DNA of 64,000 bases from Hydrolagus colliei (lineage: Eukaryota): positions 13,578,001 through 13,642,000 of the forward strand of contig CM068748.1 in assembly GCA_035084275.1 (NCBI GenBank), read 5' to 3'. The notes below the pieces were generated by a model. The model did not search any database. It was given only the letters and a program-made list of their open reading frames with translations, and was not told the origin of the DNA. Below are positions 25,260 to 38,915 of the stretch, in pieces (within the stretch, counting starts at the first letter, position 1; the number at the start of each line of letters is the position of its first letter). Position numbers and translations under genes: made by a program.

Positions 25260-25726
25260 GTGATTTGTTTAGTATTGTTATTAATTAATAGTGGCAATTA
25301 CACTGTATGTTACAACAAACTCTCTTTCCTAAGTATTCTATACTTAAAAAGAGCATCTGCACTGAAAGTAAAAATATATTGGCAAAAGCTATTCAGCATG
25401 TCACAGATTAAATGAGCAAATTGAGTGAATGAAATTGCTTCATTAGAGTGTGTTGGCAGAAAACAGGCTTTCTTCTTGCTTGTTTTTCTAAATTATATTG
25501 AACATGCCATCAAATGTTTTGGCAATATTGTAAATTTCATTGTTTGTTTGTGGAGAATTTGCATATGATGTAGCAAAATTCAGGTTTTACTACCTCGATA
25601 TCCAATAGAAGTGGAGACTTTGGAAAGTATCTGTGTATTTACTCTCTTTATCATAAGGAACAATGGTGACCTTTTTTTCTGAGAGATTCTAAATAATGAG
25701 AAGCAAATGGACATTTTCTTTTGCAG

Positions 25727-25762
25727 GGTGATCCAGGAATGCCAGGGCAAGCAGGAAGAAAG
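25727..25762 (+). CDS. COL13A1: COL2 exon, GDPGMPGQAGRK (36 nt)
   Basis: ttttgcag|GGT...AAG|gttaga. Confidence 0.92.
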
Positions 25763-27072
25763 GTTAGATTATTCCTTTTGTATCTATTGATGATTTAATT
25801 TACGAGTTGCCAGTTCCTTAATGTCTATAAATTTGTTTGTGTTTATTATGTGATGGTGATGCCCTGTTTAGACTGATGTGTCTTGATGAGAGACGTGGGA
25901 CAGACGTGGATGCACACCCATGTTCTCTTGCAATATTTTTGAGAGATAATTTTGTTTAGGTGTCAGCTGGGTGTCCTGACACCTACAGAAATTGAGCACC
26001 ATACTTAAGAGAATGCATATTACCCTCTGTCTGGAATGGAATACACATCCTGCCTTTACCTGATTTCAGAGATGATAAGGCACAAGTTGGCAAGAGCCCA
26101 AACAATTTTTAACACACAAAATGTGCTCTCCTACATATCGTTTCTGAACAATATGAACATTGGCGTAACCGGGAGGAGGTTTTTTTTCCATCCATTTATC
26201 TGCCAAATATTCTGATTGTTCTGCCTCTAAATTGTCCTTGGCAATAAACCTAACTCCAAATTGATTAACATGAAGCTGCAACCTATTTGCCACATCTTCG
26301 CTAGATATTTGAGCCAACCTTCAGTTGCCACAAGAGACAGGCTTTTGTTAATGTGGTAGGAGTCCAGTTGAATAGTAAACTGGCTGAATTGTTTGGTGTC
26401 TGCATTTCAGTATTTGAAGTAGTATAATGATGTGGGAAAAAAATGCGGCTTAATCATTTAGTGCAGTGAATATTCAATGGCAGCTTCAGAAGTGAAGCAC
26501 TCTTCCAGCTGTACTCCCAATAACTGATGCTGATGAGGGGTCTGATGTGTAAAGCAAACAAATAACATGCAGTGCTGGTATATCTGAAGGGAATTAAATA
26601 ATGGAAACTGAATAATCTGAACCCTTGTAAAAATGACTAAAGGTGAATATAACTTGCCAGAAATCTGCTGGTGTATCATTGGACTTTATATGGGTGGCCA
26701 TGATTCGCCCACAAAACACACAGTCGAAACAATTGGATTTGTTTTGAGAAAGCGATATTGGCTATTGGGAGCATATTTAGTAATGTACGTGATACACAAC
26801 TTATGGTGCATTGTGAACAAGATAATACAGCAAGCTGATTGTGTTGAGAAGCCAAATTTGCTATTTGAATTATGCTAAATGTTTATACAGTATACAAATA
26901 TAATTTGGAGAATTGTAGCGGTTACCATTATCATCTTTTCACTTAGTAGATGTAAAATGCAACAATACAAATGGTGGAAATGAGAAATGAAAAGAACCAT
27001 TGGAAATCCACAGCAGATCAATCAGTATCTGAAAGATGTACCCGGATTAATATTTGGAACATGACCCACTTT

Positions 27073-27210
27073 GTGGAATCCTGTAACTCAGTGGTTAGAG
27101 CACTCACCTCGCAAGTAAGAGACTTGGGTTCAATTCTAGGCAGGGCAAAACCTTGGGCAAGATGTGAAAAGTGGTACAGTATATCAAAGGCAAGGATGAT
27201 TATTATTATT
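27073..27210 (+). mobile_element. Same SINE family, head fused directly to tail (large internal deletion)
   Basis: GTGGAATCCTGTAACTCAGTGGTTAGAGC (A box), GGTTCAATTC (B box), then the GATGTGAAAAG...GCAAGGATGATTATT tail. Confidence 0.8.
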
Positions 27211-28885
27211 AGCAGGTCAGATTGCCACCATTTCCCTTTCTGCTTAGTTTTTACTTGCTGACTTAAAAACTTATTGAGCCTTCAAATGAGTAAGATGTTT
27301 CAAAATGCCAACCTGTTGTATTGTACAAATTGAGGATTTGAGCAATTGAACTATGGAAAGCTAAAAGATGTATGTGCTGTCAAAATACAACGAGCTCGCT
27401 TTCTGAATGGAGAATTGTAACAGACTTACTTTACTCATCCATTGAAGTTTTTTAAAAAAAAGTTTTTTATGTTTTTAGGATGGAACTCTTCAAATAAGGT
27501 TTATCCTAGCTTTGCTGCATTGTGTAAACCAATCTGTTAAAAAGTGCCAGTTGAAGCTTAACGTCGACAGGCGAAAGGTTGAAATCAGAAATAATTGAGG
27601 GCCATGCTTTTTTCATTATGTAGCAAAACTGTTTATTGTAAAAGAGTGCATTCATGGCAAAATTGTGGCCAGCTTTTGGACCTTGTCTCAGTTGTAAAGT
27701 TTTATGCTGATATAAAGTTGCTATTCCTGCACCAATACCAGCTTCTTTTTTCCCAGTCCTTTATTGGAACTCTTAGAATACTCTTTGGAATTCACAATAA
27801 ATAGGGAGGAGATGGAGCCTGATATTAATGTTCCATCCTAAGGCTTTAACTGTTATTCAGTGTATAAATAAATGCTACAAAAGCAAGCTACAACAGATTT
27901 TCCGTTTCTGAGAAGAAAAGTTAAGAATTTGAAGTTAGTATTGTTTCTGAACAATGAATGCTTAAATGTTTCAGTAGGCTTGAGAGAATTGCACTCCTTT
28001 GCATCCGTTTATGTTATAACCATATTGAAAACCTTACACCCAGGCCCTATTTGTCCAACTGGAAACAATTGGGCTGGTGAGGTCAGAAGGCAAATGTGTA
28101 GAACATTATACTGACATAAATAGAAGTGCATAATCTCATTGGACATCTTTTAACAGCGTGTGCTAGATCATATGACTGTTTTAAATTCTCCTTTTACAAT
28201 AATAAATAATCCATAATTTAGTGCTTAATGTATTGAAGAGTAAACCTGAAGTGGTGTGTGCCTGACCTTATAGTTGGAAGAAGAAGTGTTTATACATTTC
28301 CTGCCACAGGCAATAAATTTCGACATTCATCTGCCTGTCTTACAAACCATCCAGCTGTGGACCACTCTTCTTTTTTTCTCTCTGAAGTCCTTTGTATCAA
28401 AGAAACTGCACTGACTTATTTATTTCATTGCATGTTGCTAGGGAATAGCGGACTGTATATATTTTAGATCTTTATCACCTGTAGAATTGATGTAATTTTC
28501 CAGTAGTCCCAATAATCCACGACACATTCAATTCTTGTACCTTCCTGTAATACTTGCACCTTAGTATTTAGTGATGATATCATCGTGCACCAACTAAATG
28601 GAGTGTGGATATTAATGTTGATCACAATAGCGAGGACTGAAAACAGTTTATTTGAAAATTTATTTTTACCTGAAGACTTGGAAGTAATTTAACCACAGTA
28701 TAGGTAACAGGTATAGGTAACAATATCCAGCAATTTTATGTTTGTTGTCAACCAAACCCTGTGATAAAAATTATATTCTTAGGTTCATTGTCACTGCACC
28801 TAGAGTTCTTGAATACCATATAGTGGCTGTTTGCTGGTCAAAAGTATGTTACTATGCCACACAGTTGTTATTCCTCCAGTGCCAC

Positions 28886-29285
28886 CTAACTCAGTTAGTT
28901 GCAATCTCAGCTCTGGGTCAAAAAATTGTAAGTTGAATACCCATTGTGGCACTTTGACCTCACAATCTAGGCTGGCACTCAATACCTGAGTTCTGGATTG
29001 TTGGAGGTGCTGGCCTTTGTATGAAATGTTAAACCAATGTCCCATCTACTCGTTCAGGTGAGCATGAAAGATGTTTTGATGCTCAAAAAAGAAGAGTTTC
29101 CCTCAGTATCCCAGGCGACAATATATATATTGTCCAGATAAATTAAACCTTCATTTTAAGGCAGTTTGTTGGCACAACTTGTGAGCAAATTGGCTGCCAG
29201 ATTGCCAATGATTTCCAATTACCTGTAAAAGTGTTTTAAGACTATTTGTTGATAGTACAAGCACCATATCAAGTGCAAGGATTAT
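28886..29285 (+). mobile_element. Old DeuSINE-like (SacSINE1/AmnSINE1-type) element
   Basis: ATCTAGGCTGGCACTC...GGAGGTGC...ATGTTAAACCAATGTCCCATCT...CAGGTG resembles the recalled Deu domain; shares the 3' tail CATATCAAGTGCAAGG with the younger SINEs. Confidence 0.55.
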
Positions 29286-30098
29286 TTCTTCCACCTTGAT
29301 TTGATGCATCTTTAAGCTCTTCATCGATATTCTTATATACTTTATTGCTGCTTGCATCAAAAGGTTAATAGACTGCCAAAGCCACCCAGTCAGTAAAGAG
29401 CTAATTTGTTCAATTTGTAGTGGGATTATCACTGAATAAAGTAGACACACGAGCACTCTACTACTTCTAGAAGAGGAATACTATATTTACTGCTCTCAAT
29501 TTCTTTTCTCTTTGCTGCCATGCTGCCTGCACACTCTGTATGTACAAGAGTGATGATAGATCTTTGGCTTGCCAGATTCAATGTCTAGCATTTCAATCTT
29601 TACAGAGATCTTTCCAAAAATACTACTGGTAATGGGACTCACATAATAAATCCCAATCAAAACAGATATATGGACTAATTCCAGTTCACATATTCACAGT
29701 CAAATAGCTAGTCCCTCTTGGGAATCTGGGAATCAAGTTGTGATTATTTTACTTTACTCTGAAGCAGGCATGCTGCTGTTCAATCATCTTATAACTTCAT
29801 ACAATGCAGTTAGGACAGTAACATTTTAAAACAAAATGCTTGACTGGAAGCTGGTTGAATAATTAGAAGACAAATTGCGTGTGTCTCACGGCCCAAAAGT
29901 TTACATTGTGCCACATTGTTGGAATCTTGCATGTCTCCTGTAAAGGGAACCTTTTATTCACTCATGTTTTGGTTTATTTATGTTCTGTCATTGTGTTTGC
30001 TTTTTTTTCACCACTGGATATGACTCGGATATACTTTGCATGTTTCTGACTCCTTGACTCCTGCTTTGCTATAATCTTATTGTTGTTTTGTTTCTCAG

Positions 30099-30161
30099 GG
30101 AGAGTTTGGTGAGCCAGGGCTGCCTGGTCCAACAGGCCTTCCTGGACCTGTAGGGCCGAAG
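30099..30161 (+). CDS. COL13A1: COL2 exon, GEFGEPGLPGPTGLPGPVGPK (63 nt)
   Basis: tttctcag|GGA...AAG|gtaaaa. Confidence 0.94.
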
Positions 30162-30679
30162 GTAAAACGCAGAAATAATGCATGGCTTTTCAGTTTTGAA
30201 GACTAAATGTGTTCAATCTTGAATAACATAGATTATACAAAAATTTGGGAAAAACATAACATTTCAGAATGATGCTTGTGTAAAAAAAAGGCCTGCTGAG
30301 TGCTGTTTAGGATGGCACCTTTGTCAGATTCAAATAGATAAAATCGGAATGCTTTAAAAATTGAAATGCTTTGTTTAATAAAATAGAAGCAATCATGAGG
30401 TCAGCTTTTGTTTTTAAAGATAATAATAATAATCAAGGTGCTCAATTCATATCCTAGGGCAAAGATAGCTTGAACAGTTACATCAAAAGACCAGTTGTTT
30501 GTTGGTGCCAGTGCGTGAATGCTATTTCATAGTGATTTCAAATAACAACCTAAACTCTGCACTATACATATGATATATTAGTTGACCTCAAATGCTTCCC
30601 CATTGTGTCAGCTCCTGTCTTCGTACTTTACAGCAACTTATCTCTGCTCTTTTTCTGGCTTTTTTATTTATTTTAACAG

Positions 30680-30706
30680 GGAGATAAAGGAAACATTGGA
30701 CATAAG
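30680..30706 (+). CDS. COL13A1: COL2 exon, GDKGNIGHK (27 nt)
   Basis: tttaacag|GGA...AAG|gtagga. Confidence 0.9.
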
Positions 30707-31405
30707 GTAGGAACATAGGGAGGTGCTTCTCATCTTTTCTCACTTAATCTTGTTTTGCTTTAATCTCATCTGTTCATTTTCTACTCGCTCTATCACTGGT
30801 CTGAATTAGGGTAGTAAAAATGTGGAAACAATAAGACACAACCAGTTATTTTTGTCCAAGTATTGAATTTTAATATCATTGGCAACCTGGAACCTGCAGG
30901 GGTATAGATACTTTAAACAAGATATTATAGTTGGAAGCTAGTTCTCAATATTAAATTCTCCAGCATCTAAGTGAATTGTTGAAAAAATTGCATTACACAA
31001 TTCTGTTCTGCAATTCTTGTCTCTTCCTGCCGTAAAAGAAATCGAACATTTATGTAATGTTGGAATTGCCCTTTGCTCATATTTTGCTTTGTTGCTGACT
31101 TTTGTGATCTGTACCCTCAAGGGAATAAAGTGGGATTCCCAACTGCAATTTTATATTTCAGGTAATTTCTGTAATAACCCGTCTTTTCATTCAGAGGAAA
31201 AACCATTACAAAACAGCTTTTAATTCAATGCTTGACCTGGTTTGTAAACTTCTATCAGCCAGTCAAAATAGAGAAGTATTGTCATTTGATTCCAACATTT
31301 ACATGTATTAGAAACCCAACGTGACTGCTTATAATAGCCACATGTGGTTTGTATGTTTCAATGCTCTTGCTAGTTATTCCATTAATCTGCCATTATCCTA
31401 CACAG

Positions 31406-31450
31406 GGAGATCCAGGTGAAATGGGTCAGCCAGGTGAAAAAGGAGAAGGG
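31406..31450 (+). CDS. COL13A1: COL2 exon, GDPGEMGQPGEKGEG (45 nt)
   Basis: ctacacag|GGA...GGG|gtagct (weak donor). Confidence 0.87.
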
Positions 31451-32059
31451 GTAGCTGAAAATTTCTTTCAGAAATTTTTGTTCATTGTAAATTAACATAA
31501 GGGCTCAGAAGGTAGATGCATGTCAACTGCCCACTGCGGAGATTCAGATTTTTTATATATAATATACTGTATATATATTTTCTAATGAAGTTGAAAAAAA
31601 TCACTTTTAAAACAATTTTTAGTCACATTGCAAACTATATTAAGAGGAACAAAATGAAACAAATATGTGGTGGTGTTGAACCAATCCTATTGGAATAACT
31701 AAACAGACTGAACAGGGAAATGAATAATACAGAACTTTAAACCAGAACTTTAAACCCTTTCTTATCAGTTCCCTTCACATCTCTGACTATTAGTCAGGAT
31801 AGATATAAACTTATTTTTAAAAAGTGTAACGTTTGTTTAAATGCTATTTCAATCCAAAGGTTTCTGCTTATTTTTGGCTAGTTAAAATCCACTGACTCCT
31901 TTGTCTGACATTTGTATTGGTAATATTAGTGTATTAGTCATTGCCATCTACTTGCCCACTTCTACTCTTCCCAGCATTGTTTCTGTAAGAACTTTGGGAA
32001 AAACAGAGTTTGGTATCTGATTCCCGAGTGAATTCAATTGTGGAGCATTCCATTCCAGC

Positions 32060-32093
32060 TGTGTGTGTATGTATGTGTGTGTGTGTGTGTGTG
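32060..32093 (+). repeat. (TG)n microsatellite
   Basis: Direct reading. Confidence 0.9.
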
Positions 32094-32122
32094 TAAATAT
32101 ATATATTTAGAGAGAGATTATA

Positions 32123-32333
32123 CAGTAAAAGCCCGTTTATCCGCACCCTCGGGACCTGGCCAATGCCGGTTAAAGCGCTTGCCGGGTTTTGGGCCGAAAA
32201 CACAAAACCCCCCAAAAATTTGAATGCATTTTTCCAGATAAATTCCAATTAATCGAATGCGTACCTTTATTTTGCGATGCCGCTTATATGGAAATTATGG
32301 TCGATCGGGTGCCAGATAAACGGGCTTTTACTG
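32123..32333. mobile_element. Tigger/pogo-like MITE, 211 bp
   Basis: TA flanks; perfect 19-bp TIR CAGTAAAAGCCCGTTTATC, extendable to about 26 bp; CpG-rich interior. Confidence 0.9.
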
Positions 32334-32399
32334 TACATATAATTTTAATTTGTCTGACAAACATGGAAACTCACCATCTTGCTTAAGAGTCTCCAAACC

Positions 32400-33100
32400 C
32401 AACTGAGATTTTCATGCATCCCACCTATATATGGGAATTCCAGTGATAGATTGTTGGAATGGAATACACACTCTCCCTGGAGGGATGTATCCTGCTTACC
32501 TAGTTCTGGAAAGTATTTGGCACAGGTTGGCAAGAGCCAAGGCTTGGGGACCCCAGAGCGTATGTTGGGGTGCTGCCAAAAATGCATAGCTTGCCATTGA
32601 TATGGTGATCTGGCAAACATCCCTGCTGCTAGTCCAGTTAGGACCACCCTACCCATTAAGACTTTAGCTTGCTGGGTTAACAGGGGGATGATTCCCTGCT
32701 CCAGGGAATAGTATATCTCCACTATATCATTCCAGGTCCTGCCTATGAGGCTGCCTGTTCTGTCTCAGGTAGTGCCGTGAAATACCGTGGAAGTGCCCAT
32801 TTCAGAATCTGGAGACTGCCAGAGAGCACTGGCTCGATGCCGACATTTTATTGTCAGCTGCTTTCCCATTGACAAGGCTCCGCAGGGCGGTGTCCATCTT
32901 CTCCCAGCGGATAAAGTCATTAAAACCCTTCAATCTGGCTCTTGTCTCCCGCCAGCTCTTTTGTCCTCCATGCAGATGGGTCTCTGTTATGGTTTATTGG
33001 GTCAGACTTCAATTCTATGTAGTGTTCCCTCCAGACCACAAGGAGGAAGAATCTGGTATCAAAGAAGGTTGCGATTAACCATGTCTGATATGTTAGTTCA
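32400..33100 (-). mobile_element. Degenerate non-LTR retrotransposon RT fragment (RTE-like)
   Basis: Minus frames give DTALRSLVNGKAAD (resembles L..GKAPG.D) and GIIPLLTQQAKVLMGRVVL (resembles RGISLLS..GK.LARV.L). Confidence 0.5.
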
Positions 33101-34140
33101 TGTTATCACTTGGTAGTGGATATAGTTCCTTGTCTATTGACATTATCTCTGATGTTGATAGCACATGTGTGTTCTTTAAAAGGAAAGTGCAAAAGATTAC
33201 AAGCAGATTAATTAAAATAATATTTCAGAGGAGACACTGTTAAAGATTATTGCATGTTTCTTGGTGATGGTATGGTGGGCAGATGGTATGATGTTGAAAT
33301 TTAAGATGACCCTTCCAACCTTTTTTTTTAAATGAGAAGTATTAAAATGTGTTCATGTCGAAATACAACTCTCAGGTAGACAGGAACAGTGGGACCTGGT
33401 ATTTGAAATGTAATGTATCTGGTGCTGACATAGATTCGAATGATAAATTTAAGGCCACCATGGTTTGAAGTCAAGCTGTTATGGTTTGTTATCAGAGTGC
33501 CAGTGCCATCTGCTGGTACATGTAATGAGATATTGGCTTTATGGCTGCTTTGGTGATAAGCACGCTTTGATACATCCTCCTAATGTGAAAAGGCACTATA
33601 TCAAATTAATCGTTTATTTTATTATTAATTTCAATAAAATTTCAGGACAACTTACTGAAACAGGGTTACATAATCACAAGAGGTTTCAATGAAGAAGGCC
33701 CTCCAGTCCATTTGGTCTCATCCTTCCTGAATGCCCACCATCCTGCCATTACATAGGCAAGTCTGTTACCACACCAATTACAGAGGTAGTTCAATATTTT
33801 TGTAAACTACTGTTGGAGTCATCAACATCATGTGCATACAAAATAATGCAGTTTTGAAAATAAACTCCAGGCTCCCAACATACCAATGTGGTATCACACT
33901 ATTTATTTTCCATCCATTAGTTTTCCAAAGAAAAAATTTGAAACATTTGCAATGACTTCAGATGTGAATTAGCTGCATTTGGCTAATTCCATGCAAGGCC
34001 AGATTTTCATGAGATTGTCTATATGTCCTGTTTACACATATGTTTGAAGCAACATTTTACCTCCAGCTTAAAAAAAATTCATAGACATTTTATCATCAGA
34101 TAGACAATCAATACGAATAATCCCAAAGAAAAATAAATAA

Positions 34141-34305
34141 ATTGGTGTCTTCAATCCATCACTGTTTGTGGAATGCTGCTGTGTGCAATTGGCTGCCACA
34201 TTACGTCCACAAATACACTGTAAATTTAAGTGACTGTATATCATGGGAAGCACTTTGAGACATTTAGAAGACGTGAGAAGCACTACATCAAATACAAGGA
34301 TTATT
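34141..34305 (+). mobile_element. SINE 3' half
   Basis: Similarity to the other copies in the window. Confidence 0.75.
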
Positions 34306-34504
34306 TTAAATTAAATTATAAAAAGTTTTCTCCATAGTTCTTTTTAATACTGATCCCTTGAGTTTTATAAACAAGTGTACACCCCAAATTTAAAGATAAA
34401 CTTCATTCCACATTCCAACATTTTGAACTCTTATTTGCAAATCATGAACAGTACTTTCTTGTGACATTTTGAAATCTTTCAAATGCTTGCACAATACTTC
34501 ATAC

Positions 34505-34590
34505 TTTGCCCAAAAATATACAGTCAATTCACTTCAGCGCTTTGAGACGTCTAGAAGAAGTGAAAAGCACATTACCAAATGAAAGGATTT
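34505..34590 (+). mobile_element. SINE 3' fragment
   Basis: ATATACAGTCAATTCAC...GCGCTTTGAGACGTCTAGAAG. Confidence 0.75.
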
Positions 34591-37272
34591 TAAAAAATCT
34601 TGCCCAGATATTTTGTTCATGTTGATATATATTTTATTCCATTTCTCTTAAGAAAAGAAACAAACATAGATCCTGCTGGGCTGTGGGGGGTTGGTGGGGA
34701 GGCGCTAATGATTTAAAATTACCATTAATCTCAAACGTTTCTGTGATAAAACTAATCATTGTTAATATCGACTGACTGGGATACTGGTCATTTTCTCCTG
34801 CTGTCAGCAAGCTCCATGAAAAACAGATCTCAAAATGTTACCATTTGAGGTGTATTTTTCATCATCTGCAGGAGGAAATGTGTTTGCTACAAATTCCACT
34901 GCATAAATGTTAAATCTATTAGAAAACATTTTCATGGGAATTCATCTCTGGGAATGTGCCAGTAGTTCACTGGTTTGTTTTCTATATAAGCAGGGGAGAA
35001 AAAGCCTGAAAAAACCCAGAATGTGGACTCAGTCCATGATTTGGGGAAATAACTAAACCTTTTGGGGGATTCATGTTGATTGAGTTCCCATTCTATTCCT
35101 CTGAACCCCAATTATATCACAATTAGAAAAGCTGCTGCTTTACAACCACAAGTATTTTGGTCTAGAGAGCCATGTAATTCCTAGACTAATTTTTTTTTAG
35201 AAAAACTAAAATTCTGCCCATTCTGGCACAGACATTTTGACTATTTTCATCAAACACTTGAGCTGCTCGAAGCACAGTAGCTCAAGTACTTGAGTTCTCT
35301 CCTTGACTCCCAAGCAGTAGACTAAGAGTGCAAGTCCCAGGGTGCTGCTCTCACTTGCTTGTTTCAATTGGTTAAGCGCCATATATGTTCAGCCAAGATG
35401 CTAAATGGAGCACTGCAAGGAAAGTGATCCATGGGGAGGAGGAGGGTATTCGGGGACCGGAGGAAAAGAAAGTATACCCTACAAATAGGAGCACATCTGC
35501 TCACAGTATTTTATAGTGCAGGGTTTAGCAAGAATCTGTGCCTCATAGAATCCTGTTCTTTTCCTGCATAATACATATATTGAATAAGATGGTTTATAAT
35601 AGCAAAGTTGATCAAGATCATTCGTGTAGTTATATGAACAGAATGATACACAGGAACTCAAAATGCAATGGCCATATGTGCTGTGTTTAAAACCATTTGA
35701 AGGGAAAAATTACCTTGACCACTATGAACTTTTGGCATGTGCATCCTCTGACTGAAGCAATTTCTTTAAAATTGCAAATGGGTACATACATATGGTGAGC
35801 ATTGGCATTTGGAGCACATTAAACTATCGACAAGAATGATGTTGGTCAGATCAACATTTTCTTCCATGCTAACCAGGTACAGCAAACTTCCCAGACCAAG
35901 GTGGATATGGGATGATTTGCTGATGACAATGATCACAACTCACGTGAGAAACCTGCTGGTTTAAACCATTCAGTAACCAATGAATAAATAGGAGATGTTG
36001 AATTTGAATAATAATGCTCCAACAAAACATTCATCTTCCCACAAGGTTAATTTAAAAATGGTTATTTTCTTCATGCACATTAGAGGTTAAGAAATGGAAA
36101 TCAAACCATCCCATTTTCAGCTCATTGCAATAAGTGAAATAATTATTATAAATAGATTCTGGAATTGATCAGTAATATTTCATGAAGGCATTCCTGTTCA
36201 TTTTTACTGAGACTAATATTTAATGTGCAGCTTTATGTGCCAAAATTTAAACACTACCGTCAGTGTAACTTTTCTAAAATATTATTTGATACATTGTGCA
36301 TCTGTAAGTTGTATCTGACTTGAGCCATTTGTTAAACACAGTAGAGCTTTGGCAGAAAAGTAAAAACTCAATAGGTCTGTGGGGGATTGAATGTATGGGG
36401 AGATCTATGGTCAGGTTTACAGCAGGAAAGTGGAAACGGATTTCACTGCCATTGCCTTAACCCCTTGAATACTGCATTTCGTTATGCTTTTCTAAAGTAA
36501 ATGTACATGAGTAAAAAGATGATTTTCTCTTTGAATGCAACATTTTCCCACAAATAATTCAATACTATTAAGGGAAAAGTGTGGATCTTTCTCATTTATT
36601 AGCCAAATCCTTCATTTAACAATTAAATATTTTAAACATTTTTACAGAACATCTAAATACTGTAGAGCAGCCCTGAAAATGGAGGATTCTTTATTTTGCA
36701 TCGTTAATTTGATTCAAGTGCTCTATATACTCACATCAGGAATTGCAAAGTAGGAATTTCAGGTTCTGTTATCTTGTTCAGCAGTGAATTATGGCATTTC
36801 AAGACATTTGTGCCAACAGAATTGGTTGAGTTTAGATGAGTTTAAAGTTGGTTAGTGCTGAATCCTAGAAACACAATGATGGTTTACTTCAATTCTATAA
36901 CTGAATGGGGTAGGAGGTGGTGAGGAGGGTGTGGGGGAATGATAGATGCTACCATTTAGCATAGTTTACAACTGTGACCATAATCACATTTGCAAAAATC
37001 CGAATTCAAGTTTTAAACCACTGATAAAACGTAAGTCATTGAAATGTGTAGATATTGATTGTCTAGATGTGAATGAGATATTGGAGTAAGTGTGGGCAAG
37101 GCCAACATTCTTGACTTTCTTCTTCCCCTCTATCTTCATCCAGCCGTTATTTCCCTGTACATGTCTATCCCCTTAACCTTCACCACCTTTCCTGCTCCTT
37201 TATATACAAAATGGATGATATGTTTTCCTGTAACATTATCCAGTTGGTTTGTATCTATCTTATCTTTTGTAG

Positions 37273-37317
37273 GGAGAGATAGGAAGGCCTGGCGTTCCAG
37301 GAAAGCCTGGAGCTAAG
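37273..37317 (+). CDS. COL13A1: COL2 exon, GEIGRPGVPGKPGAK (45 nt)
   Basis: ttttgtag|GGA...AAG|gtattc. Confidence 0.93.
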
Positions 37318-38221
37318 GTATTCCACCCCAACAGATTTCCCCTACTCTCTATCACTTCCCTACATGCCTGCTGAACTCATCTCATGGCCTTTATACTAAA
37401 GAAGGCATCATTGTAAACTCTAAATAGTCTATATAATGCTTTCACAGATTAAAATGGTCAGTCCTTTTCCCATTCCCAACTCTTGCATCATTTTAAACAT
37501 TTATGTTGCATTATTTAAAATACTCATTGGTTAACTAACTGGATTGTGCGATGATAACACAACAGCATGTGAAAATTACTGTACAAGTGACTAACTACTT
37601 GCTGTTCCTGAAGTTTGCAATACGTGAGGATCATTAAAAATATCACATTCTAAGGCATTGCAATTTCAAATTTTACATACATCGACTTGAAATCAAGATT
37701 TTTCATTTGGAATTTGACTCAAAACATTTTTCTGATTTTAGATATGTATCTGTGGAGGCCAAACAAGACATTGTAACTTTGTGAAGAGTGCTGCAAGGGA
37801 ATAGCTAGATTTTCTTTGCTTTCCCATTTCGTCCTAAACGTTAGACTAGTCTCCTTATATAAGTTCAAATATCTGACTTTCCCTCATTCCCACCAATCCT
37901 GGTTAACTGTTTGAAACTTAGTAAACTAATAAATATAAAATAACCCAATATTTACAGAACCAAAGAATCTCTAAAGCTTGTTGGATTCACTTTTCGCCAG
38001 TAATATAGAGGGTGCCTTACAAATTTTCTAACAGACAGCCATAACAATCCCATTTAATACCCCTTTACCAACTACTGATCATTTTACTATATATGGCAAG
38101 GTCATCTGAAATGTTAACAGCTGTATCATGGCATAATAGTCCTGAAATTCTGTTATTCTGTTTATCTACTGGTCTCTATGTATGTGATCTCGCCTCCGAT
38201 CTTATTTTCTATCCTTTTTAG

Positions 38222-38254
38222 GGCATACCAAGTTCAGCTGCTTTTGGGTTAAAG
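38222..38254 (+). CDS. COL13A1: COL2 interruption exon, GIPSSAAFGLK (33 nt)
   Basis: ctttttag|GGC...AAG|gttagt; position and length match recalled human GAPGIAVAGMK. Confidence 0.85.
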
Positions 38255-38383
38255 GTTAGTTAAAGTACAACATTGTCAAACCCAATTCTTTTCCAAGGTG
38301 GTTTCTTTCATTGGTAAATTTCACTTTCCTTTGTCTCTCTTCATTTCTGATCTATTGGTCTTTACACTTTCTTTTGGACACAG

Positions 38384-38419
38384 GGAGAGCCAGGGAATAT
38401 TGGACCTCCGGGAGAAAAG
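38384..38419 (+). CDS. COL13A1: COL2 exon, GEPGNIGPPGEK (36 nt)
   Basis: ggacacag|GGA...AAG|gtataa. Confidence 0.92.
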
Positions 38420-38499
38420 GTATAATACCACTTTATGTATTGATAGTTTTGTTTGTGGCCTCCACCACTGCATGTTCCCTCAGACCCCAAGACCCATAT

Positions 38500-38915
38500 C
38501 CATTCATCATGATGTCCAGGCTTGACTATGTTATTCCTGACTCGCTGGTCTTCCCAACTTTTCCCTTTACAAGATACAGATTATTCAAAACACAGCAGCT
38601 CACATCCTGACCCACGTAAACCCCCATGAACCAATTGCTTCTATTGCCTGTGGCTCCCAATCCCCCCAAAAGTCAAATCTAAAATCCTTGTCCTCACTTC
38701 TAAATCCCTCTAATGATGCTCGTCCCTTCCTCCGCTGAGCGGGCACTGGCCTGGTCTGTGTCCCCTGATCTGCCAGACACATCATTTTGATGGTCAGATC
38801 CTCAGCTTTTCAGCATTATTATTATTATTATTATTATTATTATCCACCCTCTGTAACTCCCAGGATCCCTCCGCCCTCTCCCTTATCTCCTTAAAAGCCC
38901 ATCTCAGGACATACA
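38500..38915 (+). mobile_element. Degenerate LINE2 ORF2 fragment interrupted by (ATT)n
   Basis: SRLDY motif and IQNTAAHILT-like remnants; frameshifted. Confidence 0.65.
38815..38843 (+). repeat. (ATT)n microsatellite
   Basis: Direct reading. Confidence 0.9.

Noticed and set aside
27073-27145. tRNA gene
   Set aside because: A/B boxes belong to a SINE head that continues into the SINE tail; no clean cloverleaf.
35445-35471. Possible exon ag|GGTATTCGGGGACCG...|gt (GIRGPEEKK)
   Set aside because: Purine-rich upstream sequence with no polypyrimidine tract, third triplet lacks Gly, poor donor.
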